A DNA stretch of 64,000 nucleotides from Candidatus Woesearchaeota archaeon (GTDB taxonomy: Archaea; Nanobdellota; Nanobdellia; Woesearchaeales; GW2011-AR4): assembly GCA_016185755.1 (NCBI GenBank), contig JACPMX010000006.1:20412-84411 (forward strand). The letters are read 5' to 3'. Positions 40,004 to 49,792 of the stretch are shown in pieces. Positions within the stretch are counted from its first letter, which is position 1. Each line of letters begins with the position of its first letter. The translations under genes and the position numbers were made by a program. The notes under the pieces are model-generated. The model did no database searches, was not told the DNA's origin, and was given only the letters and a program-made list of their open reading frames with translations.

Positions 40004-40794
40004 TTACTTCTTACAGCAAGGTACTCTCTTTGATGTTCGGGAACATCGCCATTAGACATATAGTTAGCTGCTCTTGATATTTGTTCTATAGCTCTCTTTA
40101 CAAAATCTCCAATTGATGCCGAGCCACCAGGGTGATTCGTATATAACGACCGCACAAAATGGCCAAATTCTGCCCTGGTAAAAGGCAAAGTTATCATCCT
40201 GAATCTTGTGTCTTGTGGAAAACAGCGAAAACCTTCATGCGGCGTTACAAAATAAAGGTTTGCCCTTCTAAAAAATTCCGTATGTTCTGATTGAATTGCT
40301 AAATAGCCTTTTACTTTCCTTTCGACAATTTCATGATTTTCGGTAATTGTAAACTCACAAAATCCAGTTATTTTTCTTGAGCTGCCATACGACTTTACAA
40401 TAAGTCCATCAGGCACTTGGACCCTATCAAGCGAATCAAAGCCGGCAGGGTTGGCTATATCGCTGGCATTAGGATACAACAAATCAAAAAATCTTTTTGT
40501 TCTTTTTGGGGACAAAACTGTAAAATCTCTAAGATGTTGCACGAGGTAGATAAATGCAACCTCTTCGAATATTTTTCCAGCGAATCTTCGAGATATCTCA
40601 TTCAGGCCTTCAACATTCAAGGGGCCTAAAATTATACCTGTAAAAAATTTATAAGCATCCGGAAAATTAGATTCAATAAAACTAAAGAGATCTTCCTTTG
40701 ATATCCCGGCTAGTGGTCTGGCTTGTGACTCATCTATTTGCTCCCCAACCAAATCATCTAGGGAGATTCTTAAGCGCCTTATTCTTTCGTCCAT
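39991..40794 (-). CDS. Hypothetical protein, possible PD-(D/E)xK-like fold
   Basis: GKIFEE ... VPDGLIV ... GFCEFT; atypical codon usage. Confidence 0.5.
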   Translation of the reverse strand: MDERIRRLRISLDDLVGEQIDESQARPLAGISKEDLFSFIESNFPDAYKFFTGIILGPLNVEGLNEISRRFAGKIFEEVAFIYLVQHLRDFTVLSPKRTKRFFDLLYPNASDIANPAGFDSLDRVQVPDGLIVKSYGSSRKITGFCEFTITENHEIVERKVKGYLAIQSEHTEFFRRANLYFVTPHEGFRCFPQDTRFRMITLPFTRAEFGHFVRSLYTNHPGGSASIGDFVKRAIEQISRAANYMSNGDVPEHQREYLAVRSNHPL

Positions 40795-40867
40795 TAATCA
40801 CGCCTAAAACAATTAAAAACAAGGCAGCTTTTAAAGCTTTCTAAAGTTACTACTTTAAAATAAGAAC

Positions 40868-41614
40868 CTATTTGGCCTTCCCCTGCGCTGCAACAGCCTG
40901 AATCTTTGCCTCAATCTCTTTGGGGTCCCCGAGAAAATAATGCCGCACTGGCTTAAGATTATCATCTAATTCGTAAACAAGCGGAATGCCGGTCGGAATG
41001 TTCAGCTCAACAATGTCCTTGTCCGGAACATTGTCAAGGTACTTGACTATTGCCCTCGAGCTGTTGCCGCTTGCAACAATAATTATTTTTTTATTTTTTT
41101 TAAGCGCAGGGGCAATTTCACTTTTCCAGTAGGGAACCACTCTTTTAACGACATCTTTCAAGCACTCTGTCAATGGGATTTCATTTTTTTTGAGGTCCTT
41201 GTATTTCGGGTCATTGCCCGAGTACCTTTCATCTGTTTTCTTGAGTGCCGGCGGCCTTATGTCGTAGCTTCTTCTCCATTTCAGCACTTGTTCCTCGCCG
41301 TATTTTGCAGCCATCTCAGCCTTGTTCAGTCCCTGCAGCGCGCCATAATGCCTTTCGTTCAGCTTCCAAGAATTGACAACAGGAATGTGCCTTAAATTCA
41401 TTTCCCCGAGGACTATAGACAGCGTTTCCGTGCATCGTTTCAAAATATTTGTGTATGCAACATCAAAGCTGAATCCTTTCTCTTTCAATACCTTTCCTGC
41501 CTTCCTTGCCTCTTCGACACCGTTCTCTGTTAACGGGACATCAGTCCAGCCAGTAAACCTATTTTCCCTGTTCCAAGTGCTTTCCCCATGCCTTAAAAGT
41601 ACAAGCTTTATCAT
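40868..41614 (-). CDS. gpmA: 2,3-bisphosphoglycerate-dependent phosphoglycerate mutase
   Basis: [32 protein letters not shown] and NIPTGIP. Confidence 0.95.
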   Translation of the reverse strand: MIKLVLLRHGESTWNRENRFTGWTDVPLTENGVEEARKAGKVLKEKGFSFDVAYTNILKRCTETLSIVLGEMNLRHIPVVNSWKLNERHYGALQGLNKAEMAAKYGEEQVLKWRRSYDIRPPALKKTDERYSGNDPKYKDLKKNEIPLTECLKDVVKRVVPYWKSEIAPALKKNKKIIIVASGNSSRAIVKYLDNVPDKDIVELNIPTGIPLVYELDDNLKPVRHYFLGDPKEIEAKIQAVAAQGKAK

Positions 41615-41615
41615 T

Positions 41616-42887
41616 TTATATTTTGGCAAATCCAGCCTTTTTCCCCAATTCTTCCCCAATTTTCAGCAGCCTGTTGTATTTGGCAGTCCTTTCGCTTCTT
41701 GCAGGAGCTCCAAACTTGCTTTGGCTTGCCCCCAAGCCGACTGCCAGGTCGGCGATGAAGCTGTCTTCTGTCTCCCCGCTTCTGTGGCTCACAACGACAT
41801 TCCATTTGTTTTTAAAAGACAAATTTGCAGCATCTATTGACTCAGTAACTGTACCTATCTGGTTGACTTTCAAGAGCAGCGCATTGCATGCCTTGCGCTC
41901 AAGAGCCGTCCTTATCCTGCCAATGTTCGTCACAAGAAGGTCATCCCCGACAATTTGTATCTTATTTCCCAGTTCCTTGTTAAAAAGCTGCCATCCTTCC
42001 CAGTCATCCTGGGCAAAGCCGTCTTCTATCGAGATTATCGGAAATTTTCCTGCCAAGTTCCTGTAAAAGTCTGTCAGGCCTCCTTTGCTGTAGCCCTTTC
42101 CCATTATATTGTACTTGTCATTTTTCTCGTCGTAGAATTCAGATGCAGCGCAGTCCAGGGCAAGCTTTATTTTACCGGAGTATCCGCTTTCACCAATTGC
42201 TTTCATCAGCAGCTCAAGCCTTTCCCCAATATCTTCAATTGGAGGGGCAAACCCGCCTTCATCACCAAGCAGTATTGCCTTTGCCCCGTATTTTCGTTTT
42301 AAAATATTTTTCAAAGCATGGTAAGTTTCAACTCCTGCCCTCAATGCATCATTGAAATTTTTAAAGCCGGTAGGCATTATCATGTGCTCCTGTATGTCAT
42401 TGTCAACTCCGGCATGCTTTCCGCTGTTTATCACATTCATCTGGGGGACTGGCAAAATAAGCTTTTTTGAGTTTGATAATCCTTGAATGTGCCCGTATAA
42501 CGTGTTATTGCTGCATATGGCGCCTGCCTTGCACACTGCCATTGAAGCCCCCAAAAGGGCATTCGCGCCAAGCCTTGACTTGTTTTCTGTCCCGTCCAAT
42601 TCAATCAGAAAATTGTCGATTTCCCCCTGCCTTCTGCAGTCAAGCCCTATCAGTTTTTTTGCTATGATTTTATTCACATTAGAAACAGCCTTGAGGACTC
42701 CTTTGCCGCTGTGCCTTCTTTTGTCATTGTCCCTTAATTCCAGCGCCTCGTGTATTCCTGTTGAAGCCCCGCTTGGCACAATGGACTTGGCGCAGCAGGA
42801 TCTTGTTGCAAGGCAAACTTCAATTGTCGGGCTGCCCCTGGAGTCCAAAACTTCCCTTGCCGTGACCTTTTTTATCCTGAAATCCAA
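41616..42887 (-). CDS. eno: Enolase
   Basis: [32 protein letters not shown] and SHRSGET; TTG start after SD AGGTGG. Confidence 0.96.
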   Translation of the reverse strand: MDFRIKKVTAREVLDSRGSPTIEVCLATRSCCAKSIVPSGASTGIHEALELRDNDKRRHSGKGVLKAVSNVNKIIAKKLIGLDCRRQGEIDNFLIELDGTENKSRLGANALLGASMAVCKAGAICSNNTLYGHIQGLSNSKKLILPVPQMNVINSGKHAGVDNDIQEHMIMPTGFKNFNDALRAGVETYHALKNILKRKYGAKAILLGDEGGFAPPIEDIGERLELLMKAIGESGYSGKIKLALDCAASEFYDEKNDKYNIMGKGYSKGGLTDFYRNLAGKFPIISIEDGFAQDDWEGWQLFNKELGNKIQIVGDDLLVTNIGRIRTALERKACNALLLKVNQIGTVTESIDAANLSFKNKWNVVVSHRSGETEDSFIADLAVGLGASQSKFGAPARSERTAKYNRLLKIGEELGKKAGFAKI

Positions 42888-42973
42888 AATTCCACCTAAT
42901 GGGCAAAATAAAATTAGCTATTTAAACATTTCGGACGCAAAATTTTAAATAAGATTGAAGTGCCTGCCAAAGA

Positions 42974-43435
42974 ATGATAAGGAAAGACATCAACAAAAGG
43001 CTGCTTGTCATGATTGCATTGCTTCTTGCATTGCTTTTATTATCTATTGTCTTCTACGAGATAAGGCTGTGGAACATTTTTAGCCACTACAAAAAGAATT
43101 TTGGATTATACGGCCCCCAAAGCTCCCTTTTTGAAAGGTTAAACAGGACATCAGCCATAAAGGAAACGGCATTAATCGACAAAAAATATCTGGAAAAAAG
43201 GTATGCTGATCTCCTCGGGCAGAATGAGAAGCTGACGGAAAAAATAGAGTCTCTGAAGGAAGAGCTGACCCTTGTCAAGTCCCGGGAAGAATACCAAAAG
43301 GCCAGGGACGAAGGCCCTGTTGCCCAGTTCAGGCTCATACAGGAGAAAAACACGGAGATAGCCAGGCTGAAAGAGGATATCCGGGAATTGTGCCTCAAAT
43401 TAAGCTCTTATAATATAACCGAAAAAATCTGCTGA
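42974..43435 (+). CDS. Membrane-anchored coiled-coil protein (resembles 58595-59098)
   Basis: N-terminal TM helix then heptad-rich region. Confidence 0.65.
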   Translation: MIRKDINKRLLVMIALLLALLLLSIVFYEIRLWNIFSHYKKNFGLYGPQSSLFERLNRTSAIKETALIDKKYLEKRYADLLGQNEKLTEKIESLKEELTLVKSREEYQKARDEGPVAQFRLIQEKNTEIARLKEDIRELCLKLSSYNITEKIC

Positions 43436-44236
43436 CTACCCGATGTAATCCAGCTCCTTGCCAAGCTTCTTCTGCAGCCTCTTCAGTGCAGCCTGCTTTG
43501 TGACCTCGCTGAGCTGCTCTGTTTTTTTGAGTATTTCCCCTTCAATGTCCTTTATTTCCCTGTCCAGCTTGTTGATGTCAAGCTTCAGGCCTAAATTCTT
43601 GTCAAGAACCTTCAAAATTTCCTTTGCGCCTTTTATCCCAAGGTACATTGGGTGCCCATACGTCTCTGCAAGGAACGAGACAGCTTCTATTTTTCTTCTG
43701 GAAGCAAGCCCAAGAAGCAGGCCGGAAACTCCTACGATCGGGCCTACAACCCCATACAGGTTGTCATTTACAAGGCCGTTCTTGTACTTGCTGATTATCT
43801 TTTTCGTGTTGCCTGTGCAGTAAACTTTTGGCTTTTTCGGGATTTCAGCAAGGCCTATCCCCCCCAAGGTTATCACTTCTTTTCCGCTGAATTTCTCTAC
43901 TATATCCAGAACTTTATCCGAAAACTCGTATGAGCTTATCTCGTCAACAGGCTGAACATCCCCCCCGAGCAGCAGCAAGTCCCTTTTCCCGCTGGACTGC
44001 TTGTAAAAAATCTCTACAATAGGGAGCTCGACAAGATTGTCCTCGTTGACAAAAACAGAATGGGGAAAAGTGTATGATGTTATCTCGTATAGTTTTTTTG
44101 CCTTCAGCTCGTCAATCAGGAAATCAACAGCAACCTTCCCGACATTTCCTATTCCCGGCAGTCCTTCTATGAAAATAGGGTTGTTGAGCTTTGGCGTTTT
44201 CCCGAACTGGGTTATCTTCCAGCAATCATCCCTCAT
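43436..44236 (-). CDS. PAC2-family proteasome assembly chaperone
   Basis: EGLPGIGNVGK, ITLGG, IVGVSGLLL, AET and C-terminal YIG; canonical position after nop10. Confidence 0.9.
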   Translation of the reverse strand: MRDDCWKITQFGKTPKLNNPIFIEGLPGIGNVGKVAVDFLIDELKAKKLYEITSYTFPHSVFVNEDNLVELPIVEIFYKQSSGKRDLLLLGGDVQPVDEISSYEFSDKVLDIVEKFSGKEVITLGGIGLAEIPKKPKVYCTGNTKKIISKYKNGLVNDNLYGVVGPIVGVSGLLLGLASRRKIEAVSFLAETYGHPMYLGIKGAKEILKVLDKNLGLKLDINKLDREIKDIEGEILKKTEQLSEVTKQAALKRLQKKLGKELDYIG

Positions 44237-44406
44237 ATTAATCCTCTTTTGAGGTATTCCTCGTGTTTCGCTTTTCTCCTGTATGCTGAAAGCCTGTCGT
44301 CAGGAGTGTATTTCAGGGGCCTTGGCATCAGCGTCTCATTGCCGCAGGAGCATTTTTCCTTCATTGTGTATTTGCCGCACTTTACGCATATAAAAATGTG
44401 CTTCAT
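44233..44406 (-). CDS. nop10: H/ACA RNP protein Nop10 (not in ORF track)
   Basis: Hand translation MKHIFICVKCGKYTMKEKCSCGNETLMPRPLKYTPDDRLSAYRRK...; lies between aIF2-alpha and PAC2. Confidence 0.92.
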   Translation of the reverse strand: MKHIFICVKCGKYTMKEKCSCGNETLMPRPLKYTPDDRLSAYRRKAKHEEYLKRGLI

Positions 44407-45188
44407 TATGCATCGTCCCGGCTGAATTCTGCCAATCCGGCATGCTTGGCCACAACGCCTATTGCGCTTTCTGTTGCGCTCTTCATTATTTTTTCGGCTT
44501 CCTTGTAATCAGGAGCCTTGACCATGAACCTGTAGAGGCCTGAGCCGAGATAATTTATCATTACCCTTCCCATGCTGGCATCCTGGGCTTTTTTAAGGGA
44601 GTCCCTTATAATGCCTATTCCATTCGGTGCAAAGGTGGTTATCTTGAGCTTTCCTGTGATCTCGACTTCTGCAGCCTTTATCCTTTGCTTTACAATCTCG
44701 TCTATGATTTTAATGTGCTTTTTGTCTATGCCGAGCTTTTCCAGCAGGCTTTCATCTTTTGAGGCATTTTCAAAAAATTCATGCAGCGATGCATAATCCT
44801 TGGTTATCCTGTCCGAGATTTCCCTGTAAAGCTGCTCGGTTTTTACGCCTATTTTCTGCGCAGCCAGCTCGACAATCTTTTCCGCGTTTTGCTCTTTTTT
44901 GATGTCATCTATTTTCCTTCTTTTTTCAGACTCGTTGACTCTTCTCAAGGACAGGTCTATGTACCCCTTCTCCTCGTTCACCCTGAGAACCTTGCATACT
45001 ATCTTTTTGCCTTCCTTGACGAAGTCCCTTATGTTCCTTATTCTTCCCGGGGATACCTCTGAAATATGTATCATCCCGCTTTTTCCGTATTCATCAATAT
45101 TGACGAATACAGAATGGTACTGCACGCTCGTAACAGTGCATAGAACTGAATCCCCTTCTTCCGGAAAGCCCTGTTTCTTGAAAAGCAT
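44406..45188 (-). CDS. eif2a: Translation initiation factor 2 alpha subunit
   Basis: S1 domain HISEVSPGRIRNIRD, KGYIDLSLRRV and APDYKEAE. Confidence 0.95.
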   Translation of the reverse strand: MLFKKQGFPEEGDSVLCTVTSVQYHSVFVNIDEYGKSGMIHISEVSPGRIRNIRDFVKEGKKIVCKVLRVNEEKGYIDLSLRRVNESEKRRKIDDIKKEQNAEKIVELAAQKIGVKTEQLYREISDRITKDYASLHEFFENASKDESLLEKLGIDKKHIKIIDEIVKQRIKAAEVEITGKLKITTFAPNGIGIIRDSLKKAQDASMGRVMINYLGSGLYRFMVKAPDYKEAEKIMKSATESAIGVVAKHAGLAEFSRDDA

Positions 45189-45234
45189 TTTATAAAAAAT
45201 ATAGTTTAATCCAATCCGGAACTGCCCGGTTTTT

Positions 45235-45453
45235 CTACTCCAAAACTTCCAAAATTCTTGCCTTTACCCTGCTTTTGCCGCCGGTAGGCTCTGCAAGCGG
45301 CTTGCCGCACACAAGGCAGTCAACTTTTGTGGCCGTCTTGCCGAAAGTTATCTGCTCGTTCTTGCATTTAGGGCACCTTATCTTTATGAATTTGCTTGTC
45401 GATTCTTTTATCTTTGCTATATCAACCACCGATGCTTTGGTATTTTTGGGCAT
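45235..45453 (-). CDS. rps27e: 30S ribosomal protein S27e (true start probably 45429 or 45420)
   Basis: SKFIKIRCPKCKNEQITF...C..CG..L.EPTGGK. Confidence 0.93.
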   Translation of the reverse strand: MPKNTKASVVDIAKIKESTSKFIKIRCPKCKNEQITFGKTATKVDCLVCGKPLAEPTGGKSRVKARILEVLE

Positions 45454-45518
45454 TTATATACCTTTGCCTTTGCTATTTGGACAAAATGTTTAAATAAATT
45501 GATTAAGATTTGTAATAT

Positions 45519-46891
45519 ATGCTAAAAGGCAGCAGGATCACATATGGGATATTCTTGATTATGTCCATTTTATTCCTGCTCATTGTTTCAAAAGGGCTTG
45601 CCGCCCCCCAGCCCGGGGATGAAAACACGTATTATTACATGGGCAAGCTGGTAACAGAAGGAAAAATCCCGTACAGGGATTTCTTTTATGCGCATCCCCC
45701 GCTGCACATCTACATTTTGGCATTATTCTATAACATTTTCGGGTTTAACATAATTGCCCTGAAATCAATACCGCTGCTCTCAACATTAGCCTCTTCATTT
45801 TTTATTTTTAAAATTACCCAGGCAAAGTTCGGAAATGCTGAAGCGCTTGCCTCGTCCGCACTGTTCATGTTCAGCTACTCCGTTATGTTTAACTCCGTAT
45901 TTTCTTTTGGAACAGATGTCGCAGTTCTTCTTTTGGCTGTTGGCTTATATTTCTTATTGGTTAAAGAAAGCTATCTTTTTGCCGGAGCCTTTTTTGGCGC
46001 TGCCGCATCTGCAAGATTATTGAGCTTGATCCCCGTGTTAACCATTTTAGGCTTAGTTGCCTTTTCAAATAAGCGGAATTTCATCAAATTATCGTCGGCA
46101 TTTTTGCTTGTTTTTCTCCTGTTCAGCGGAACTTTCATATTTTTTGCAGGGAAAGCATACCTAAAGCAGGCTTACCTTTTCCACCTGCTGAAAAGCCCCG
46201 GAATAAAAGAAAATGCAAGGGAGTATTTTGACATAATAAAGCTGAACTGGATTTTGTTTGCATCAGCCTCACTTTTCCTTTTTGCCGGGAAAAGAGCAAA
46301 ATCCGGATGTTCGCTTTGGCATCATGCGCTTACCTCGTATTTCTGTTGTTACTTAGGAAAATCTTCGGCTTTTATTTCATGATTGCAATGCCGTTTTTGG
46401 CCATAACGGCAGGCTCCAGCATCGTTAACGTGTTAAAAAATTTGCGGGGAAAATGGAAATTTATTGCTTCTGCCGCGTTATTGGCTGTTTTTGCCTGGAA
46501 CCTGTCGTCTGATGTGATGTTCCTTGAGAAAATCGGATTCACAAGATTTGAAAGGGGTCCTGATTTAAGGGAGTTTATCCTGGCAAACTCGGATTCAGGC
46601 ACGCTTCTTTTTGGGGACAATTCAGCTGTTCCGCTGCTGGCCCTCATGACTGATAGAAAAATAGCTTTTGATTATGCAGACACGAATGAGCAGGTGTTCC
46701 TGTCCGGATTGGCAGATCTAGATAATGTGCTGGACAGCCTCAAAGGAAATGATATCCTGTTCATTGCCAGAAGCACGCAGGGAATATCCTCGTTCAGGGA
46801 AACAAGGGATTTTCTGAACACAAACTGCGGGCTTCTTGGAAGCTTTCACGACAAGACAGAAGGGGATTACTTATTCTATAAATGCAGATGA
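45519..46891 (+). pseudogene. Frameshifted GT-C (ArnT/PMT-like) membrane glycosyltransferase
   Basis: GDENTYYY, PYRDFFYAHPP and many TM helices; ORFs 45519-46382 and 46307-46891 join if one base is restored near 46285. Confidence 0.7.
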
Positions 46892-47200
46892 CTACTTGAA
46901 CTCTATCTTTTTTGCCCGGAATCCCTGCCTTTGGATATGCGTTTTCTTGCAGGCCTTGCATTCATACCTTAAATCAGTTTTTTTTGTGGACTTCTTGCCG
47001 GTCATCTTGAACTTGCTTATTGCAGGCTTGGAATACCTTCCAAGGTTTCCCCTGCCCCTTGCCCGGCCCCTTTTTCTAGCCCTGACTTTGGAGCCGTAAG
47101 TAAGGCTGCTTGGGTTTTTTTTCTTTGTGAAAGAAACATTATGCTCTGTATGCTTCTTGCAGTAAGGGCAGTACCTTTTCATGGTTTTTGGCAATTTCAT
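46892..47200 (-). CDS. rpl44e: 50S ribosomal protein L44e
   Basis: MKLPK...RYCPYCKKHTEH...K.TKK.DLRYEC..C. Confidence 0.95.
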   Translation of the reverse strand: MKLPKTMKRYCPYCKKHTEHNVSFTKKKNPSSLTYGSKVRARKRGRARGRGNLGRYSKPAISKFKMTGKKSTKKTDLRYECKACKKTHIQRQGFRAKKIEFK

Positions 47201-47281
47201 ATAAGAAAAGAAATTTAACCGATTTAAAAATGTTTCTAATATACGGGCAATGGGCGCCATAACTTTGTCGTCGATAAAAAT

Positions 47282-47917
47282 CTAGTTTTCCTGTATCTCT
47301 TCAGCCCTTCCCTTGCTTACCAGCACATCAGCGATCTCGATTGGAAGGTTCGCAATGTCTTCCTCCTCAAAAGGGCCGTATTCCTCAAGTTCAGGCCCGA
47401 CAAACTTCGGCACATGGCTTGTGAACCTTACAAGCCTTGTCGGCTTCTTCAGCTCAAGGGCAGTTTTGAAATCCCCGCTTGGCTTTTTTTCCATGGCCTG
47501 CATGAAAGGCATATTTTCATTCAGTAAGCTGATTAGTATCGAGTCCCTGTACGTGTCCAGAAGGCTTGTCAAAGCCTCAAAAACAACCCTTTCTTCCTTG
47601 AGGAGCGCTGTAGTGTCTATAAGGTCGGATTTTGTCCTGCTTTTGTCAAGCGCCAGGCTGATTATCTTCCTTTCCCTTCTCTCATAAAGCTCTTTTATGA
47701 TTTTATATATGTTTTCAAGCTGCCTTTCAGTCTTTTTTCGCTCTTCATTTGCAAAGACCGAGTCGCTCTTGGCTTCAAGTATCTTTTTCTTGTCTTTTAT
47801 GTAGCTTATAGTGTCGCTGAAGAAAGTAGGCTCAAGCTTCTGCAAATCATTCCTTTCCTTTTCCCTTTTTAGAAGCTCAAACAGAGTTTCATAAGTGATA
47901 ACAACTTCTTGCGCCAT
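47282..47917 (-). CDS. GINS complex subunit (Gins15/51-like)
   Basis: LQKL...FF, LYERRERKII, LLKEE and C-terminal B domain VPKFVG....YGPF...D.ANLP. Confidence 0.85.
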   Translation of the reverse strand: MAQEVVITYETLFELLKREKERNDLQKLEPTFFSDTISYIKDKKKILEAKSDSVFANEERKKTERQLENIYKIIKELYERRERKIISLALDKSRTKSDLIDTTALLKEERVVFEALTSLLDTYRDSILISLLNENMPFMQAMEKKPSGDFKTALELKKPTRLVRFTSHVPKFVGPELEEYGPFEEEDIANLPIEIADVLVSKGRAEEIQEN

Positions 47918-47999
47918 TTCATCCCCCATGGCAGAATTATCCACTCCCTTTAAATAATTTTTCATTTAAAAATGAGCTAAGTTTGACCTTGCAATACTC

Positions 48000-48080
48000 A
48001 AAAAAGCCAAGTCCCATGTGCCGTTAACCGGAATAGGTGCTCCTCAACTGCTGCAAACGGGTCACCTCCGGCACGCTGCA
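48000..48080 (-). ncRNA. Candidate small structured RNA
   Basis: GC-richer island with stems GTGCCG/CGGCAC, CCGGA/TCCGG and AGGTG/CACCT; TTTAAA box ~48098-48103 upstream; T6 run at the 3' end. Confidence 0.4.
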
Positions 48081-48168
48081 TTTCAAAGATCGTTCTATTT
48101 AAAATTATGCAGCTTAAATTTCCTAATGCTTAAGAAAGCTTTTAAAAGCCCTATCCCATACTGGACCT

Positions 48169-49392
48169 ATGGCAGAGCTTATTTTCAAGGACCTGAGTTT
48201 TGAGAAGGATAATAAAGGGGTCAAGGTGAATTTCCTTAAATTATTCTATGCTTACCTGGAAGAGAGCAGCCTGAGGAAGATAGGCCAGTTTGAGATAAGC
48301 AAAAACTCAATAAGCTTCAAGGGCGTTTCAGAGCATAATGCAAGGAAAAAGCTCGAGTTTTTGCTTTACAATTCGTTCAAGCACTTAAAAAACAGGCTTA
48401 ACAACAAAAAGACAGTCTACATCCACCAGACTTCCGGCATACCGCTTATAGGAACAAACTACTTTGGGCTGGTGGACAGGGGCACCAATATAATTGAAGT
48501 CAAGCCAATCACAAGCTGCAATATAAGCTGTATTTTCTGCTCTGTGGATGAAGGACCATTGTCAAGGCGAAAGGCCGATTTTGTCGTCGAGAAAGATTAC
48601 CTTGTGAATGAGCTGAGGAAACTGGCCGAGTTCAAGGCCAGCAGCAATATCGATGCCCACATCAATGCCCAGGGAGAGCCTACATTGTACGCTGACATGG
48701 TTGAGCTTGTAAGGGGCATAATGTCAATCGAAGGGGTTAAAAGAAGCTCCATAGATACAAACGGCACTTTGCTAAGCAAGCAGTTCATAGATGAGCTTGC
48801 AGAGGCAGGCCTGACAAGGATAAACCTTTCCCTCAATGCCCTGGATCCTGAAAAAGCGCAAAAGCTTGCAGGCCATCCATACAACTTAAACAAAGTTCTC
48901 GATATTGCAAGATACATCCCCTCTAAAATGGACCTTATAATCGCGCCTGTATGGATGCCCGGCTATAATGATGGGGAGCTGCCAAAGCTTGCCAAATTTG
49001 CGCAGGAGATAGGAGCAGGAAAGAAATGCCCGCCAATAGGGATACAAAACATGCTCAACTACAGGTTTGGCCGGAACCCGGTTGACAGCGTTCCCATGGA
49101 TGTGTTTTACAGCAAAATGAGGGAGCTTGAGCGGGAGCACGGCATCAAGCTTGTCTTTGACAAGTCAGCCTTTGATGTTGAAGAGCTTCCTGAGCTTCCA
49201 AAGCCGTTCAGGAAAGGCCAGATTATAGAGGCAGAAATCGTTTTGCCGGGCAGGATAGGGGATGAGAAGCTCGCCGTTTCTAAAGACAGGCTTATTTCTG
49301 TGCCAAACTGCTATGAAAAGGAAGGCTCCACAGTCAAATTAAGGGTAAAAAGGACAAAGCATAACATATTTTTGGGGGAAATGCTGGGTTAG
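48169..49392 (+). CDS. Archaeal radical SAM protein with TRAM-like C-terminus
   Basis: GLVDRGTNIIEVKP.T.CNISCIFCSVDEG, QGEP, TNG and RINLS. Confidence 0.88.
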   Translation: MAELIFKDLSFEKDNKGVKVNFLKLFYAYLEESSLRKIGQFEISKNSISFKGVSEHNARKKLEFLLYNSFKHLKNRLNNKKTVYIHQTSGIPLIGTNYFGLVDRGTNIIEVKPITSCNISCIFCSVDEGPLSRRKADFVVEKDYLVNELRKLAEFKASSNIDAHINAQGEPTLYADMVELVRGIMSIEGVKRSSIDTNGTLLSKQFIDELAEAGLTRINLSLNALDPEKAQKLAGHPYNLNKVLDIARYIPSKMDLIIAPVWMPGYNDGELPKLAKFAQEIGAGKKCPPIGIQNMLNYRFGRNPVDSVPMDVFYSKMRELEREHGIKLVFDKSAFDVEELPELPKPFRKGQIIEAEIVLPGRIGDEKLAVSKDRLISVPNCYEKEGSTVKLRVKRTKHNIFLGEMLG

Positions 49393-49419
49393 AAAGATTT
49401 ATTAATCTTATTCTTCTGA

Positions 49420-49523
49420 TTTAGCAAAGAGTGTATAATCTCATATATCTTAAGTGAAAGCTCTCTCGCCAAAGACTGGCTGACTGAGGAAGAGGATAAT
49501 AAATGGAAGCATTTGTGAAAGGT
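49420..49523 (+). pseudogene. Remnant of an antitoxin C-terminus plus the first codons of a PemK/MazF-like toxin
   Basis: ..LSESSLAKDWLTEEEDNKWKHL* overlapping ATG-MEAFVKG; no antitoxin start, toxin truncated. Confidence 0.55.
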
Positions 49524-49689
49524 ATACCTCTAAGCAAAGCTCTATAGCTTCTTTAATATTCTTCATTAACTCGTCAATAGTCTTGCCTTGCGTATGGCAG
49601 CCTTTTATAGAAGGAACATAACCAACATAGTACCCGTCCTCATCTTTTTCAATTACTACAGTAAAATTATATATTTTTTTCTTTTCCAT
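49450..49689 (-). CDS. hicB: HicB-family antitoxin (orphan, altered C-terminus)
   Basis: VIEKDEDGYYVGYVPSIKGCHTQGKTIDELMKNIKEAIELCLE. Confidence 0.8.
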   Translation of the reverse strand: MEKKKIYNFTVVIEKDEDGYYVGYVPSIKGCHTQGKTIDELMKNIKEAIELCLEVYLSQMLPFIILFLSQPVFGERAFT

Positions 49690-49754
49690 AGGATTTAAGT
49701 AATTAGAACATATTTAAACCTTTCTTTTTGAGCCTGCTGCCTTAATAAGAAAAA

Positions 49755-49792
49755 AGTTAAACAAAAAAGAAAAAAATAAAGGGTTTAAACCC
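49755..49792 (-). terminator. S-layer gene terminator
   Basis: GGGTTTAAACCC palindrome right after the stop, followed by long T tracts on the minus strand. Confidence 0.55.

Noticed and set aside
48018-48203. 61-aa ORF, or a cobalamin riboswitch/SRP RNA reading of the GC-rich island
   Set aside because: The ORF has no recognisable features, and the B12-box and SRP helix-8 motifs are absent; kept only as an unassigned ncRNA candidate.
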